A stretch of 64,000 bases of DNA from sequence record DRR723986_6727; one strand, given 5' to 3'. Below, one piece after another: positions 27,103-37,667 of this stretch (position 1 is its first letter; each line of letters opens with the position of its first letter). Made by a program: the position numbers and the translations under genes. Under the pieces are notes generated by a model. That model worked only from the letters and a program-made list of their open reading frames with translations, was not told the origin of the DNA and searched no databases.

Positions 27103-28867
27103 CAAATATCTTCTCTGATTTTACAGTATTAGATTCTGATATAACATTAACTACATAAACTCCATCACTTAGGTTTTCAGTAGATATAATATAGTGCTCT
27201 AAAATATTATCATAGTGTCCTTGTAACAATGGTTTACCAGACACATCGTATACTTCAATAGTATTGATATCTAAGTTTTTCGGATTTATTACCAAAAGCT
27301 CATGGATAGTGTTGTTTTGGTTTATAGTTAAAGGCTCTGTGTCAAACTCTTCAAAGTCTAAAACGTCTTCAGTAGTGAACACCACTTCAAAACGATCTGT
27401 ATAATTACCAGGTTCTATGTTTAATTCGTAATCAAGATTTCTTAGATTCACATAAGTGTCGTTTTCAATATCATGAATATAAATACCTTGAGAATCCTCA
27501 AAATTTTGAATATCAAATATTCTAAATCGTAATGGTTGTTGTACAGCAATATCAACAACTATAGGGATTTTAAGCGCGACTTCAAAAGGATATGCCTGGC
27601 CTGAGTACTTTTTCTCATCTAGAGTGAAATAAGCATCAGACGGATAATTATCTGATCTACTCAATTCTAAACCATAGTCAAAACCTGCAGTTGCTGAATC
27701 ATGAAAACTTAAAACAACTTGTCTCGTGTATTGATTATCTCCTACAGTAAAATCGATATTCAATCTAAATCGCTTGTAATCATCTGGGACAATATTTAAT
27801 CCATTCTCATAATAGCCAATACTTGGGTTATTTCTAAAGAAATAGCTATCTGCACCTTCTTTTTCATAAACACGATGCGCATTTTTTGCACGCACAATAC
27901 CTGTGGTACCAGCTCTTCCTTCTACCATAAAGCCTTGCCCAATAGGTATGTAGCGTCGCGCAGTTTTTGTGCCTGTTGCAGGTGGTCCAGGAGGAAGTGT
28001 ATAGATATTGTCTTGTTCATCATATGTGAAAAAGGGTGCTGGAGCAGTTGTAATTACTGTACCTGCAGCGTTAATCGTATATTCAGAATAACCACCAACA
28101 TAATCTTGTAATACATGTGAAGGCACGTTGCCATACTGTTCCCAATAAAATAATGTACCAGTAATTGCAGCCTGATTCTGAGCATCATGAATATATAACG
28201 CTGAATCTATTGCGCTTGGATATGGATTACCAACCAAAGTAAAATCACCTACAGCAACCGGATTAGCTATTGTACCATTGTTTGGTTTACCTCTAAAATC
28301 ATATGTTGTATTACCTGTTGTTGCAGTGCCATTTCCCTTCATGGTAAAGCCTAAACCAGGATCTACGTCATTTACATCACCAGCAAAAATCCAGTCTGCA
28401 TAGGTGCTAGACGATACATAAGTCCATAACCAACGTGTAGATATAAGGAGAGGTGAGGCTGTACCATTATATGCCGTTGTAAATGCACTATCATTACTAT
28501 CTATAGTACTAGGAGTACCGAGTAATGGGTCATCTAATTGGTTAAGTCTAAAATCATTATTGATAAACGTATTAGACAGAATACCACCAACTGGTGAACA
28601 CCAATAATTATAACTCCATTGGTTTACTGTTCCATTTTGATAAACACTTAATTCACCAATACCAGAATTGCCTGTTGTACCATTGCCTTGAATCAATTGT
28701 GATTCATCTCTCAAATAAATTTTTGAATTAGCATCATCCATATTAACGTAGTCGTCAACAAATAGAACTTGATCTTTAACGTAAATATAAGCGTCATTTT
28801 GAACACTTAGTTGTGCAGTAGCCATACTAAAACATAGCATCATGCATGCGATGAGGAAATATTTCAT
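27092..28867 (-). CDS. T9SS type A sorting-domain cargo protein
   Basis: Signal peptide; YNYWCSPV, VGNPYPSAI and GQGFMV motifs; CTD IEVYDVSGK...LSDGVYVV...KIFVKN. Confidence 0.87.
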   Translation of the reverse strand: MKYFLIACMMLCFSMATAQLSVQNDAYIYVKDQVLFVDDYVNMDDANSKIYLRDESQLIQGNGTTGNSGIGELSVYQNGTVNQWSYNYWCSPVGGILSNTFINNDFRLNQLDDPLLGTPSTIDSNDSAFTTAYNGTASPLLISTRWLWTYVSSSTYADWIFAGDVNDVDPGLGFTMKGNGTATTGNTTYDFRGKPNNGTIANPVAVGDFTLVGNPYPSAIDSALYIHDAQNQAAITGTLFYWEQYGNVPSHVLQDYVGGYSEYTINAAGTVITTAPAPFFTYDEQDNIYTLPPGPPATGTKTARRYIPIGQGFMVEGRAGTTGIVRAKNAHRVYEKEGADSYFFRNNPSIGYYENGLNIVPDDYKRFRLNIDFTVGDNQYTRQVVLSFHDSATAGFDYGLELSRSDNYPSDAYFTLDEKKYSGQAYPFEVALKIPIVVDIAVQQPLRFRIFDIQNFEDSQGIYIHDIENDTYVNLRNLDYELNIEPGNYTDRFEVVFTTEDVLDFEEFDTEPLTINQNNTIHELLVINPKNLDINTIEVYDVSGKPLLQGHYDNILEHYIISTENLSDGVYVVNVISESNTVKSEKIFVKN

Positions 28868-29050
28868 GCCGAATAAATTTAGTACTAAAGCTTAGTAGGG
28901 TAACCTAAAGTATATTAGATAGTTACAAATCTAGTAAAATATTATTTTATTGAGGGTTCAGTGAACGGCATTTTTTGGTATTTCCACTAAAAAAATGAAG
29001 TATTTGGCAAAAGAGTGATTCAAAAAGATGAAATTAAATTTCATGCTAAA

Positions 29051-31516
29051 CTAGAATCTTGCCGACAACCTTAAATTAAAAATACGTGGTGTCAAAAAGT
29101 TTGGAATGGCGAATTGACGTTTTGTATACACATCTCTAACCCATGTATTAGTAATGGTGTTTTGATTGTTAAACATATTATAGATTTCAAAACCAAAGGA
29201 CAATTCTTTGAATGCCTTTTTCCATTTGGCTTTATATGTTTTTTCGGGATTTACCAATTCATATGAAATACCTAAATCCGCTCTTCTGTAATCTCGCAAT
29301 CTAATTTGAAAGTCATATGGGTCGGCATAACTTGGTGAACCGCCAGGAACTCCCGTATTATATACTAGGTTTAAATACATTTTTAAAGCAGGCATATTTG
29401 GTACATAATCTTGAAACAATGCGCCAAATTTTAAGCGCTGGTCAGTTGGCCTTGCAATAAAGCCACGATTGTTAATGTTTTCTTCTGTCTTTAAGTAACC
29501 AAAACTAAACCATGATTCGGTACCAGGAACAAATTCACCATTTAGGCGCATATCTACACCATAAGCATAAGCTTCGGCAACATTATCTGCTCTATAACGT
29601 ATTCTAACATTTTCTACACTATAAGCATTTACATCTGAGAGATTTTTGTAGTAGGCTTCAGTAACTAATTTAAAAGGTCTATCCCATAGCTGAAAACTGT
29701 ATTCGTTGCCTAATACCAAATGAAACGATTTTTGAGCTTTTACATTAGGTTGTACAACACCAGAAGAATCTCGTAACTCTCTATAAAAAGGTGGTTGATA
29801 GTACAAGCCACCAGCAACTCTAAATAGTATGTCTTTCTCCCAGTCTAGTTTTATAGCAAATTGTGCTCTTGGACTAAATACAGTTTGGGTAGAACTTTCA
29901 ATATTTTCACCGCTAACGGTCCAATTATGAGCGCGTATACCAACATTATAAAATACGTCATTATTTCCCCAAGTGGTTCGTTTACTATATTGACCAAATG
30001 CCTGTAAACGATCTATTTTAACTCTATTAAGTGCTCTAATGTTTTCAAATGCCGTTAATGGCCCAGAAAAAGGCTCATAAGGTTGCAAGTTAGGTTCGCT
30101 AAAGTTTGGTGGTCTAATTGAGAAACCAGCAGAATCGATGACTTCATATTCTACTAATCGATCTCTAATATCTTCATGTGTATATTTTACAGACCATTCT
30201 AAAGTACTTTCTTCATCGACCTTATAATCTCCTCTATGTTCTGCATTAATAATTAAAGCATCTAAATCATTTCGAGCATGCGTTAATTGAGAACCAATAC
30301 CTTCACTAAATTCTACCTCACCTAAATCGTCATCACCAATATTGGTGTTAACTTCACCTAAACGATATTGTGCAAAAATGTCAAAATACTCTTGCTCTAA
30401 AGTATGGTAAGCTGAACCTATGAGTTTTAGAGTTAAATCTTCGTTGACAAAGTAATTGGCCTTAAATGCACCAAAATAGGTTTGATATTGATCCTTTTCC
30501 TGACCATCATAAAACACCAGAAGCGCAACAGGCTCTTGTAGTGTTCCAAAATTAGTTTGTCTATTCTCTGGTTGAAAATTATATTTATTAAAAGAAATAT
30601 TTCCTAAAAAGTTAAGATGAAATTTACTTGAAAAACGATAGGTTAAATACGTTTGAGCATCTGCAAATACTGGTTCTACGTTACCCTCTGTTTCTAAATT
30701 ATTTAAGATTAAACTATTGTCTCTGTAACGTATACCAGCTATACCAGAAAACTTTCCATCTTTCGATACAGCTTCCGCTGCGACACTTCCTCCTAATAAA
30801 CTAAGATCGGTTCTAATTCCAAAGTCAACAGGATTTCTGTAGGTGATATCCAAAACTGAAGATAGTTTATCACCAAATTTTGCCTGAAAGCCACCAGCAG
30901 AGAAATCTACATTTTGTACTAAATCAGTATTAACAAAACTTAATCCTTCTTGATTACCAGAACGAATTAGAAATGGTCTATACACTTCAATCTCGTTTAC
31001 ATAAACTAAATTTTCATCAAAATTACCACCACGCACGGAATACTGTGTACTTAATTCATTTGAGATATTTACGCCTGGTAATGTTTTTAAAATGTTTTCT
31101 AAACCAGGTTGAGCTCCTTTTATAGTTCTTAATGTCCTGGGTGTAACAGATACGACACCATCAACACGTTGTCTTGTATTTGTAGAAATTACAACTGCTG
31201 CAATTTGCTCTACATCTGTTTTAAGAACTGGATTAAACTCAATCTCTTGACCGTTTTTTAGATTGAATTTAGCTACAAGACGCTCGTGAGAGAGATGTGT
31301 AAATGTAATGGTAATTTCCTTACCAAATGGAATTTTTAGCTCGTAAAAACCGTTTTCATTAGTTGCTGTACCTTCGCCTGTATCTGCCTTAATATTAACT
31401 CCACTTATAGGATTATTGGCTTCATCTAATATAACACCTCTAATAGTAGCAGTTTGTGAAAAAGAAAGTATACTTACAAGTAAACCTAGAAGACTAATAT
31501 AATGCGAGCGTTTCAA
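29051..31516 (-). CDS. TonB-dependent receptor
   Basis: N-terminal CarboxypepD-like domain; plug LPGV...YSVRGGNFDENLVYVN; C-terminal F. Confidence 0.92.
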   Translation of the reverse strand: MKRSHYISLLGLLVSILSFSQTATIRGVILDEANNPISGVNIKADTGEGTATNENGFYELKIPFGKEITITFTHLSHERLVAKFNLKNGQEIEFNPVLKTDVEQIAAVVISTNTRQRVDGVVSVTPRTLRTIKGAQPGLENILKTLPGVNISNELSTQYSVRGGNFDENLVYVNEIEVYRPFLIRSGNQEGLSFVNTDLVQNVDFSAGGFQAKFGDKLSSVLDITYRNPVDFGIRTDLSLLGGSVAAEAVSKDGKFSGIAGIRYRDNSLILNNLETEGNVEPVFADAQTYLTYRFSSKFHLNFLGNISFNKYNFQPENRQTNFGTLQEPVALLVFYDGQEKDQYQTYFGAFKANYFVNEDLTLKLIGSAYHTLEQEYFDIFAQYRLGEVNTNIGDDDLGEVEFSEGIGSQLTHARNDLDALIINAEHRGDYKVDEESTLEWSVKYTHEDIRDRLVEYEVIDSAGFSIRPPNFSEPNLQPYEPFSGPLTAFENIRALNRVKIDRLQAFGQYSKRTTWGNNDVFYNVGIRAHNWTVSGENIESSTQTVFSPRAQFAIKLDWEKDILFRVAGGLYYQPPFYRELRDSSGVVQPNVKAQKSFHLVLGNEYSFQLWDRPFKLVTEAYYKNLSDVNAYSVENVRIRYRADNVAEAYAYGVDMRLNGEFVPGTESWFSFGYLKTEENINNRGFIARPTDQRLKFGALFQDYVPNMPALKMYLNLVYNTGVPGGSPSYADPYDFQIRLRDYRRADLGISYELVNPEKTYKAKWKKAFKELSFGFEIYNMFNNQNTITNTWVRDVYTKRQFAIPNFLTPRIFNLRLSARF

Positions 31517-31527
31517 ATAGTTAAGTT

Positions 31528-33216
31528 TTATTTTCTGTAAAATGTTGCTTCAAATGTAGAACTATTTCCAACATTATCAGTAACAATTATTTTTAATTCA
31601 TTTTTGGTGTCTTTAACAATGTTATCGTTAAAATCGTGCACTAAGGTATTGGTTTTATAATCGTACTCCATTAGTACCCATTTCCCATTTACTGTAGCCC
31701 TATATTTGCTAATACCAGATAATTCATCTTCAATTTTCACTTTTAAATAACGATACTTACTTAGCCATTTTTTATTTTGAAAATTAACAGGTGTAATTGT
31801 AGGTGCTATTGTATCCATGGCTAAGGTGTACAATCCAAAAGTTTTGCTTCCTGCGCTAAGAATATTTCCTTTTCTTTTAGTATAAACGTAACTAGGTTTT
31901 TTATAATACCCATATAATCTGGCTATAAAGAGGTTGTTTTGATCCTCTTTTTTATAATTGCTGATGTCGTAATTAATATAAAAGTTTTTTTGTAAAGGAA
32001 TAACGTCTTTATGGAGTTGTAACATATCAGAGTACACTTTAAAATCTATAAGCACATCATCATAAACCGTATTTTTATAAAAATTAACAGTGATGTTATC
32101 CTTTTGAAGTGTGGTTGGTTGATCACTAAAAACTAATGATTTGTTCGGGTCACTTTCTAATTGGTCTTGTTTTAAAACTTCATACTTACCATTAATAGGT
32201 ATACTTACCCAGGTTTCGTTCTGTTTGTAATCTCTAATCCTTATCTTATAAACGGAAGATGTACTGTCTTCAACCGTTACATAACCATTGTCATTGGCAT
32301 TTTTATATAAACTAAGTGGGTTGTTTTTTTCAATAAACAATTTTTGAATTCTTGATTTATTGGTTTTAAAATATTCATAGTCAATAAGACGTTTTATATG
32401 TTTGGTTTCATCGAAGCTAAATCGTTTAAAATCAATTTCAAGACTCGTATTGCCATTAAAGTAAGTTTGAATATTACTTACTCCATTATTATTTGGTGCC
32501 AGATCTTGTTTATCATAAGTTGTGACTCCAAAACCAATATTGCCGTAAGCTGTGATTTTTTCAACTTCGTAGTCACCATTTTTTTGAGGAATGAGTCTCA
32601 GTGGAACACGTTCATTTTTACCATTAATTACTGCATTTTTATCTTTAGGATAAGCATAGACGCCTATAACAAAGGGTGCTTTAGTATCTTTTACATCTAT
32701 GCCAAAAAGCATGGGATTCATTGGCCGTTCTTGATTATCTCTAATTTCAAAATGTAAATGCGGACCGCCAGAACCACCAGTGTTACCAGAGTAAGCTATA
32801 ATTTCGTTTTCTGAGATTAATAATTCTTCTGAATTAGGAAATACTTCAACCTCATAACTCTCTTTATCGTACTGACATTCTTTTATGTAATCCTCTAATC
32901 GTTTGGAAAATTTTTGTAGGTGACCATAAACTGTGGTGTAGCCGTTAGGATGCTTAATATAAATAGCCTTACCATAACCGTAATGCGAAATTTTAATTCT
33001 ACTCACATAGCCAGCAGCAGAAGCATAAACTTTAAGACCTTGTTTTTGTTGTGTTTTTATATCTAAACCACCATGAAAATGAGATGACCTTAATTCTGCA
33101 AAGGTACCTGAGAGAACTAATGTGATATCTAAAGGATTTTTAAAATAGTCTTGAGGATATTCTGATTGCGCATAAGTTGAACAGCATACTAAACAGAATA
33201 ATAAAATCTTTCTCAT
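31528..33216 (-). CDS. M23 family metallopeptidase
   Basis: HFHGGLD, YGHL, SGNTGGSGGPHLHFEIR. Confidence 0.92.
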   Translation of the reverse strand: MRKILLFCLVCCSTYAQSEYPQDYFKNPLDITLVLSGTFAELRSSHFHGGLDIKTQQKQGLKVYASAAGYVSRIKISHYGYGKAIYIKHPNGYTTVYGHLQKFSKRLEDYIKECQYDKESYEVEVFPNSEELLISENEIIAYSGNTGGSGGPHLHFEIRDNQERPMNPMLFGIDVKDTKAPFVIGVYAYPKDKNAVINGKNERVPLRLIPQKNGDYEVEKITAYGNIGFGVTTYDKQDLAPNNNGVSNIQTYFNGNTSLEIDFKRFSFDETKHIKRLIDYEYFKTNKSRIQKLFIEKNNPLSLYKNANDNGYVTVEDSTSSVYKIRIRDYKQNETWVSIPINGKYEVLKQDQLESDPNKSLVFSDQPTTLQKDNITVNFYKNTVYDDVLIDFKVYSDMLQLHKDVIPLQKNFYINYDISNYKKEDQNNLFIARLYGYYKKPSYVYTKRKGNILSAGSKTFGLYTLAMDTIAPTITPVNFQNKKWLSKYRYLKVKIEDELSGISKYRATVNGKWVLMEYDYKTNTLVHDFNDNIVKDTKNELKIIVTDNVGNSSTFEATFYRK

Positions 33217-33394
33217 ATAAAGGACAATTGAAGCTAAAATATTAATTTGAATAAGATTTACAAACGATAAAACCGTAATATTTTTGATAACGTCATAATT
33301 CTTATAATGTTACCAACATCAAAAATAATTGTAAAAGAATTGTATTTTTTCAATTGGTATGTTAACTTTGTTTCAATAGTATTGAATTACTTTA

Positions 33395-33685
33395 ATGAGT
33401 AAAATAGAAGAAATTGTTGATGCGTTAGAGAATAAAATCAGTAAGGTTTTACACAAGCAAGAGGTTTTAAGGCAAACCAATGAAAAGCTCTCTGAACAAT
33501 TAGAAAATCAGCAAAGAAAGCTTCTGGAGCAACAAGAAGAAATAGCTTCTTGGGCAGATAAGTATGAAACACTCAAAATTGCAAATTCAATGCTTGGTAG
33601 TGACGAAAATAAACGAGAAACGAAGCTCAAAATAAATGCACTTATTAGAGATATAGACCATTGCATAAGTCAACTCTCAGAATAA
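33395..33685 (+). CDS. Coiled-coil protein upstream of zapA (ZapB-like)
   Basis: Coiled coil; KLKINALIRDIDHCI; position next to zapA. Confidence 0.8.
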   Translation: MSKIEEIVDALENKISKVLHKQEVLRQTNEKLSEQLENQQRKLLEQQEEIASWADKYETLKIANSMLGSDENKRETKLKINALIRDIDHCISQLSE

Positions 33686-33704
33686 AGTTGTAAATTTAGA
33701 CTAG

Positions 33705-33992
33705 ATGTCAAATCAATTAAAAATTAAACTTTCAATCGCTAACAGAGTATATCCATTAACGATTAATCCAAGTCAGGAAGAAGGTTTACGTAAAGCCACT
33801 AAAAAGATAGAGGCTATGATAGGACAGTTTGAGCAGAATTACTCTGTAAGAGATAAGCAAGATGTTTTGGCGATGTGTGCCTTACAATTTGCAGCTCAAG
33901 TAGAGCAAAAGTCAATAGATAAAGAGTATGTGAATGAAGAAGTTCAGGAAAAGTTAGAAGCTTTAAACGAACTTTTAAGTGAGCATATATAA
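33705..33992 (+). CDS. zapA: Cell division protein ZapA
   Basis: IANRVYPL...EEGLRKA...DKQDVLAMCAL. Confidence 0.9.
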   Translation: MSNQLKIKLSIANRVYPLTINPSQEEGLRKATKKIEAMIGQFEQNYSVRDKQDVLAMCALQFAAQVEQKSIDKEYVNEEVQEKLEALNELLSEHI

Positions 33993-34023
33993 CTCGTACG
34001 TTCTTTAAAATACAAAAGGTTAC

Positions 34024-34200
34024 TGCCTACATTAGTTACATTTTTTGATAAACTCAACGTTAATTCTTTAAAAAGGGTGAGTTGAAGTTGTAAAATCGTG
34101 CTGTTAATACATTCGTATTTAGACAGATTTTTGATCAGCTTGTTAGCCCTAAACTTGTTTTTAAGGAGTTTATACAAAACCGATAACTGATGTAGGTTTT
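34024..34200 (+). ncRNA. ssrS: 6S RNA (Flavobacteria type)
   Basis: About 175-nt rod: CCTACATTAGTTA (34026-38) pairs with TAACTGATGTAGG (34184-96), and TAAACTC pairs with GAGTTTA; typical position between zapA and rny. Confidence 0.8.
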
Positions 34201-34227
34201 TTTTATATACTAAACTAAATTAATAAC

Positions 34228-35805
34228 ATGGACACGAACACAATTTTATATATTGTAGGAGGAGTAGTATTAGGGATAATACTAGGATATATTATAGCAA
34301 AGTCCTTAGAGAAAGGAAAAGCTTCAAAATTAATTACAGAAGCTCAAAGTGAGTCTAAATCAATTATAAAACAGGCAAAATCAGATGCCGAAACCATAAA
34401 GAAAGATAAAATACTTCAGGCGAAAGAAAAATTTATTGAATTAAAAGCTGAGCACGAAAAGGTTATATTATCACGCGATAAGAAAATGGCAGAAGCTGAA
34501 AAACGAATTAGAGATAAAGAATCTCAAATTTCTAACGAGCTATCTAAAGCTAAAAAATCAAACCAATCTTTAGATAACAAAATCAAAGACTACGATTTTA
34601 GACTAGAATTCTTAGAGAAAAAGAAAGACGAAGTAGAAAAGGCACATAAGAGCCAAATAAAACAGCTCGAGGTTATTTCTCAACTATCAGCAGAAGAAGC
34701 TAAAGAACAACTCGTTGAATCTTTAAAGGAAGAAGCTAAGACAGATGCCATGGCATTTGTACAAGATAGAGTAGAAGAAGCAAAATTAACAGCACAGCAA
34801 GAAGCTAAGAAAATCATCATTAACACCATTCAACGTATAGGTACTGAGGAAGCGGTAGACAATTGTGTTTCTGTTTTCAATATAGAATCAGATGATGTTA
34901 AAGGTAGAATCATTGGTAGAGAGGGCCGTAACATTAGAGCAATTGAAGCGGCAACTGGAGTTGAGATTATTGTAGACGATACACCAGAGGCTATTATTCT
35001 TTCTTGTTTTGATTCTGTAAGACGAGAAATAGCAAGATTATCGCTTCATAAATTAGTAACGGATGGAAGAATCCATCCTGCGAGAATTGAAGAAGTTGTA
35101 AGAAAAACAGAAAAACAAATAGAGCAGGAAATTATTGAAGTAGGAAAGCGTACTGTTATTGATTTAGGAATTCATGGTTTAAATCCTGAACTGATTAAAA
35201 TGGTTGGTCGTATGAAATACAGGTCTTCATACGGACAGAACTTATTACAACATTCTAGAGAAGTTGCAAAACTTTGTGGTGTTATGGCAGCAGAGTTAGG
35301 ATTAAATCCTAAACTTGCAAAACGCGCAGGATTATTACATGATATAGGTAAAGTGCCTTCATCTGAAGCAGATATAGAAACACCACATGCTATATTAGGT
35401 ATGCAATGGGCAGAAAAACATGGTGAAAAACCAGAAGTTTGCAATGCTATTGGTGCTCACCACGATGAAATTGAAATGACGACCCTATTATCGCCAATTA
35501 TTCAGGTATGCGATGCAATATCGGGTGCAAGACCAGGTGCAAGACGCCAGGTTTTAGACTCTTATATACAACGACTAAAAGATTTGGAGGATGTAGCATT
35601 TGGTTTTACAGGTGTGAAAAAAGCTTACGCTATACAAGCGGGTAGAGAGTTACGTGTAATTGTTGAAAGTGAAAAGGTGTCAGACGATAGAGCTGCAAGT
35701 TTATCATTTGAAATTTCTCAGAAGATTCAAACAGATATGACATATCCAGGTCAAGTAAAAGTTACTGTAATTAGAGAAACACGAGCTGTAAATATCGCAA
35801 AATAG
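34228..35805 (+). CDS. rny: Ribonuclease Y
   Basis: N-terminal TM, coiled coil, KH domain [15 protein letters not shown] domain LLHDIGK. Confidence 0.97.
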   Translation: MDTNTILYIVGGVVLGIILGYIIAKSLEKGKASKLITEAQSESKSIIKQAKSDAETIKKDKILQAKEKFIELKAEHEKVILSRDKKMAEAEKRIRDKESQISNELSKAKKSNQSLDNKIKDYDFRLEFLEKKKDEVEKAHKSQIKQLEVISQLSAEEAKEQLVESLKEEAKTDAMAFVQDRVEEAKLTAQQEAKKIIINTIQRIGTEEAVDNCVSVFNIESDDVKGRIIGREGRNIRAIEAATGVEIIVDDTPEAIILSCFDSVRREIARLSLHKLVTDGRIHPARIEEVVRKTEKQIEQEIIEVGKRTVIDLGIHGLNPELIKMVGRMKYRSSYGQNLLQHSREVAKLCGVMAAELGLNPKLAKRAGLLHDIGKVPSSEADIETPHAILGMQWAEKHGEKPEVCNAIGAHHDEIEMTTLLSPIIQVCDAISGARPGARRQVLDSYIQRLKDLEDVAFGFTGVKKAYAIQAGRELRVIVESEKVSDDRAASLSFEISQKIQTDMTYPGQVKVTVIRETRAVNIAK

Positions 35806-35832
35806 GTAATTACAAATTTTTAATAAATAACT

Positions 35833-35862
35833 AAAGGTATTCCATGGTGAATACCTTTTTTT
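35833..35862. terminator. Terminator between rny and xerD
   Basis: AAAGGTATTC-CATGGT-GAATACCTTT plus T-run. Confidence 0.75.
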
Positions 35863-35869
35863 ATAGAAT

Positions 35870-36778
35870 CTATTTTCTAGGATGGTATTTGTTAAGTACC
35901 TCACTCAGGTGAGATCTATTAACGTGCATGTAAATTTCTGTGGTCGTTATACTTTCATGACCTAACATCATTTGTATAGCCCTTAAATCTGCACCATTTT
36001 CTAGTAGATGCGTTGCGAAAGAGTGTCTAAAAGTATGAGGCGATACTGTCTTTTTTAAACCAATTTTTTCTACAAGCTTCTTAATTATGGTAAAAATCAT
36101 GGCACGAGTCAATTTACATCCTTTATAATTAAGGAATAAAATATCCTTAGAATCGGCCTTGACCTCAATATGTTTTCTAATGTCTATCCAAATAGTAATA
36201 TATTTTTGAGTTGTAGTGCTTATAGGTACAAAACGTTCTTTATTTCCTTTACCGGTTACTTTAATAAAACCTTCATCAAAAAACAGATCTGAAAGTTTGA
36301 GGCTTATTAATTCACTTACACGCAAGCCACAACTGTAAAGTGTTTCTATAATAGCTTTGTTTCTATGACCTAAATTAATACCTCTAAATTGATAGTTAAC
36401 ATCTATGACAGAAATTATGTTGTCAATATCTTTAATAGATAAAGTATCTGGCAGCTTACGTCCTATTTTAGGTGATTCAATAAGCTCTAGCGGATTGGTA
36501 CTTCTGTATTTTTCAAAAATTAAATAATCGAAAAAGTTACGAAGCCCAGAAATAAGTCTGGCTTGAGATCTCGCGTTAAGTGATTTAGAAATTGAATAAA
36601 TAAAGTCCTTTAGCACTTCGCTAGTTATATCGATAGGCGATACCGTAATTGAATTAGATTCTAAATATGTCATCAACTTTTTAATATCATAACTATAGTT
36701 TTCTATAGAATTGATAGATAAGCCACGTTCAATTTGAAGATAATTTTGGTAATCTTTAACTGCTTCTTGCCATTTCAT
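35870..36778 (-). CDS. xerD: Site-specific tyrosine recombinase XerD
   Basis: ERGLSINS, LYSCGLRVSEL, GKGNKER, SPHTFRHSFATHLLENGADLRAIQMMLGHESITTTEIY. Confidence 0.9.
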   Translation of the reverse strand: MKWQEAVKDYQNYLQIERGLSINSIENYSYDIKKLMTYLESNSITVSPIDITSEVLKDFIYSISKSLNARSQARLISGLRNFFDYLIFEKYRSTNPLELIESPKIGRKLPDTLSIKDIDNIISVIDVNYQFRGINLGHRNKAIIETLYSCGLRVSELISLKLSDLFFDEGFIKVTGKGNKERFVPISTTTQKYITIWIDIRKHIEVKADSKDILFLNYKGCKLTRAMIFTIIKKLVEKIGLKKTVSPHTFRHSFATHLLENGADLRAIQMMLGHESITTTEIYMHVNRSHLSEVLNKYHPRK

Positions 36779-36989
36779 GCTTAAAATTACTGATTTTAGA
36801 CCTAATTTTCGTGAAAATACCTACGTAATTCATCGTATTTTCATAAAAAAATGTTAATAATAAAAAACATAAAATATTGATATTCAATAATATAAAAAAT
36901 AATGTTTATTAAATTGTTAATAACTGTAATAATAAACTTTAATATTTGAAAAAAAAGGCTTTAGTTTGTACCATCAATTTTAAAACTTA

Positions 36990-37502
36990 ATGATTATGAA
37001 AAAATTATTTTTAGCTGCTTTTGCAGTATTTGCTTTTGCGAGTGTAGGTGCTCAAGATTTTGGTGTTTTTGCAAATTATGCAAGTAACTCATTTGAAGAT
37101 TTGGATAGCGCATCTGGTTTCAGCTTTGGTGTTCTTGCTGATTTTGAAATTTCAGAAAAGTTCTCTGTACAACCAGAAGTGGCTTACACAACTTCAAGTG
37201 TTGATGATGTTAGCTATGATTTGATTAACATCAATGCAATGGCAAGATACCATGTTTCGGAAGAGTTCAGTATTTTAGCTGGTCCTCAAATTGGTTTTGC
37301 AAGTGGTGATATTCCAGATGCTTTAGATGATGCTTTTGGTGATGATTTTTCATCAATGAATTTGCAATTGGCAATTGGTGCAGCTTATGATATTACAGAA
37401 AATATTTTTGTACAAGCTCGTTATGGTTTTCAATTAAATGAGCATGTTGATGGCATCGGTGCCGTAAATACAATAAATGCTGGTGTAGGATACAGATTCT
37501 AA
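36990..37502 (+). CDS. Small beta-barrel outer-membrane protein (porin family), paralog 1
   Basis: Signal peptide; FSVQPEVAY, ILAGPQIGF, QARY, C-terminal GVGYRF. Confidence 0.88.
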   Translation: MIMKKLFLAAFAVFAFASVGAQDFGVFANYASNSFEDLDSASGFSFGVLADFEISEKFSVQPEVAYTTSSVDDVSYDLININAMARYHVSEEFSILAGPQIGFASGDIPDALDDAFGDDFSSMNLQLAIGAAYDITENIFVQARYGFQLNEHVDGIGAVNTINAGVGYRF

Positions 37503-37521
37503 TCTTACAGCATATCATATT

Positions 37522-37555
37522 AAAAAAGAGACCAAGTTTTGGTCTCTTTTTTTTT
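37522..37555 (+). terminator. Terminator after OMP paralog 1
   Basis: AAAAAAGAGACCAA-GTT-TTGGTCTCTTTTTT. Confidence 0.88.
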
Positions 37556-37667
37556 GCATATTAATTACTTAATAATGAGACGATAAGATTTAAAAGACTG
37601 ATTAATATCATTGTAGCGATTAATTACAACAAATAGTTTTGTGTCATTAATCAATAAATCCAAAACA

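Noticed and set aside
28900-28926. GTAAC...GTTAC upstream of the T9SS cargo gene as another regulon box
   Set aside because: The spacer is 17 nt rather than 4 and the strand geometry does not match.
33944-34177. 77-aa minus-strand ORF
   Set aside because: It lies antisense to the 6S RNA and the zapA end, and has no protein-like features.
35870-36778. Tyrosine recombinase next to an OMP array as a possible integrase or shufflon invertase
   Set aside because: It has the housekeeping XerD signature (HSFATHLLENGADLR) and sits among core genes. All OMPs are complete and co-oriented, and I saw no inverted recombination sites or att repeats.
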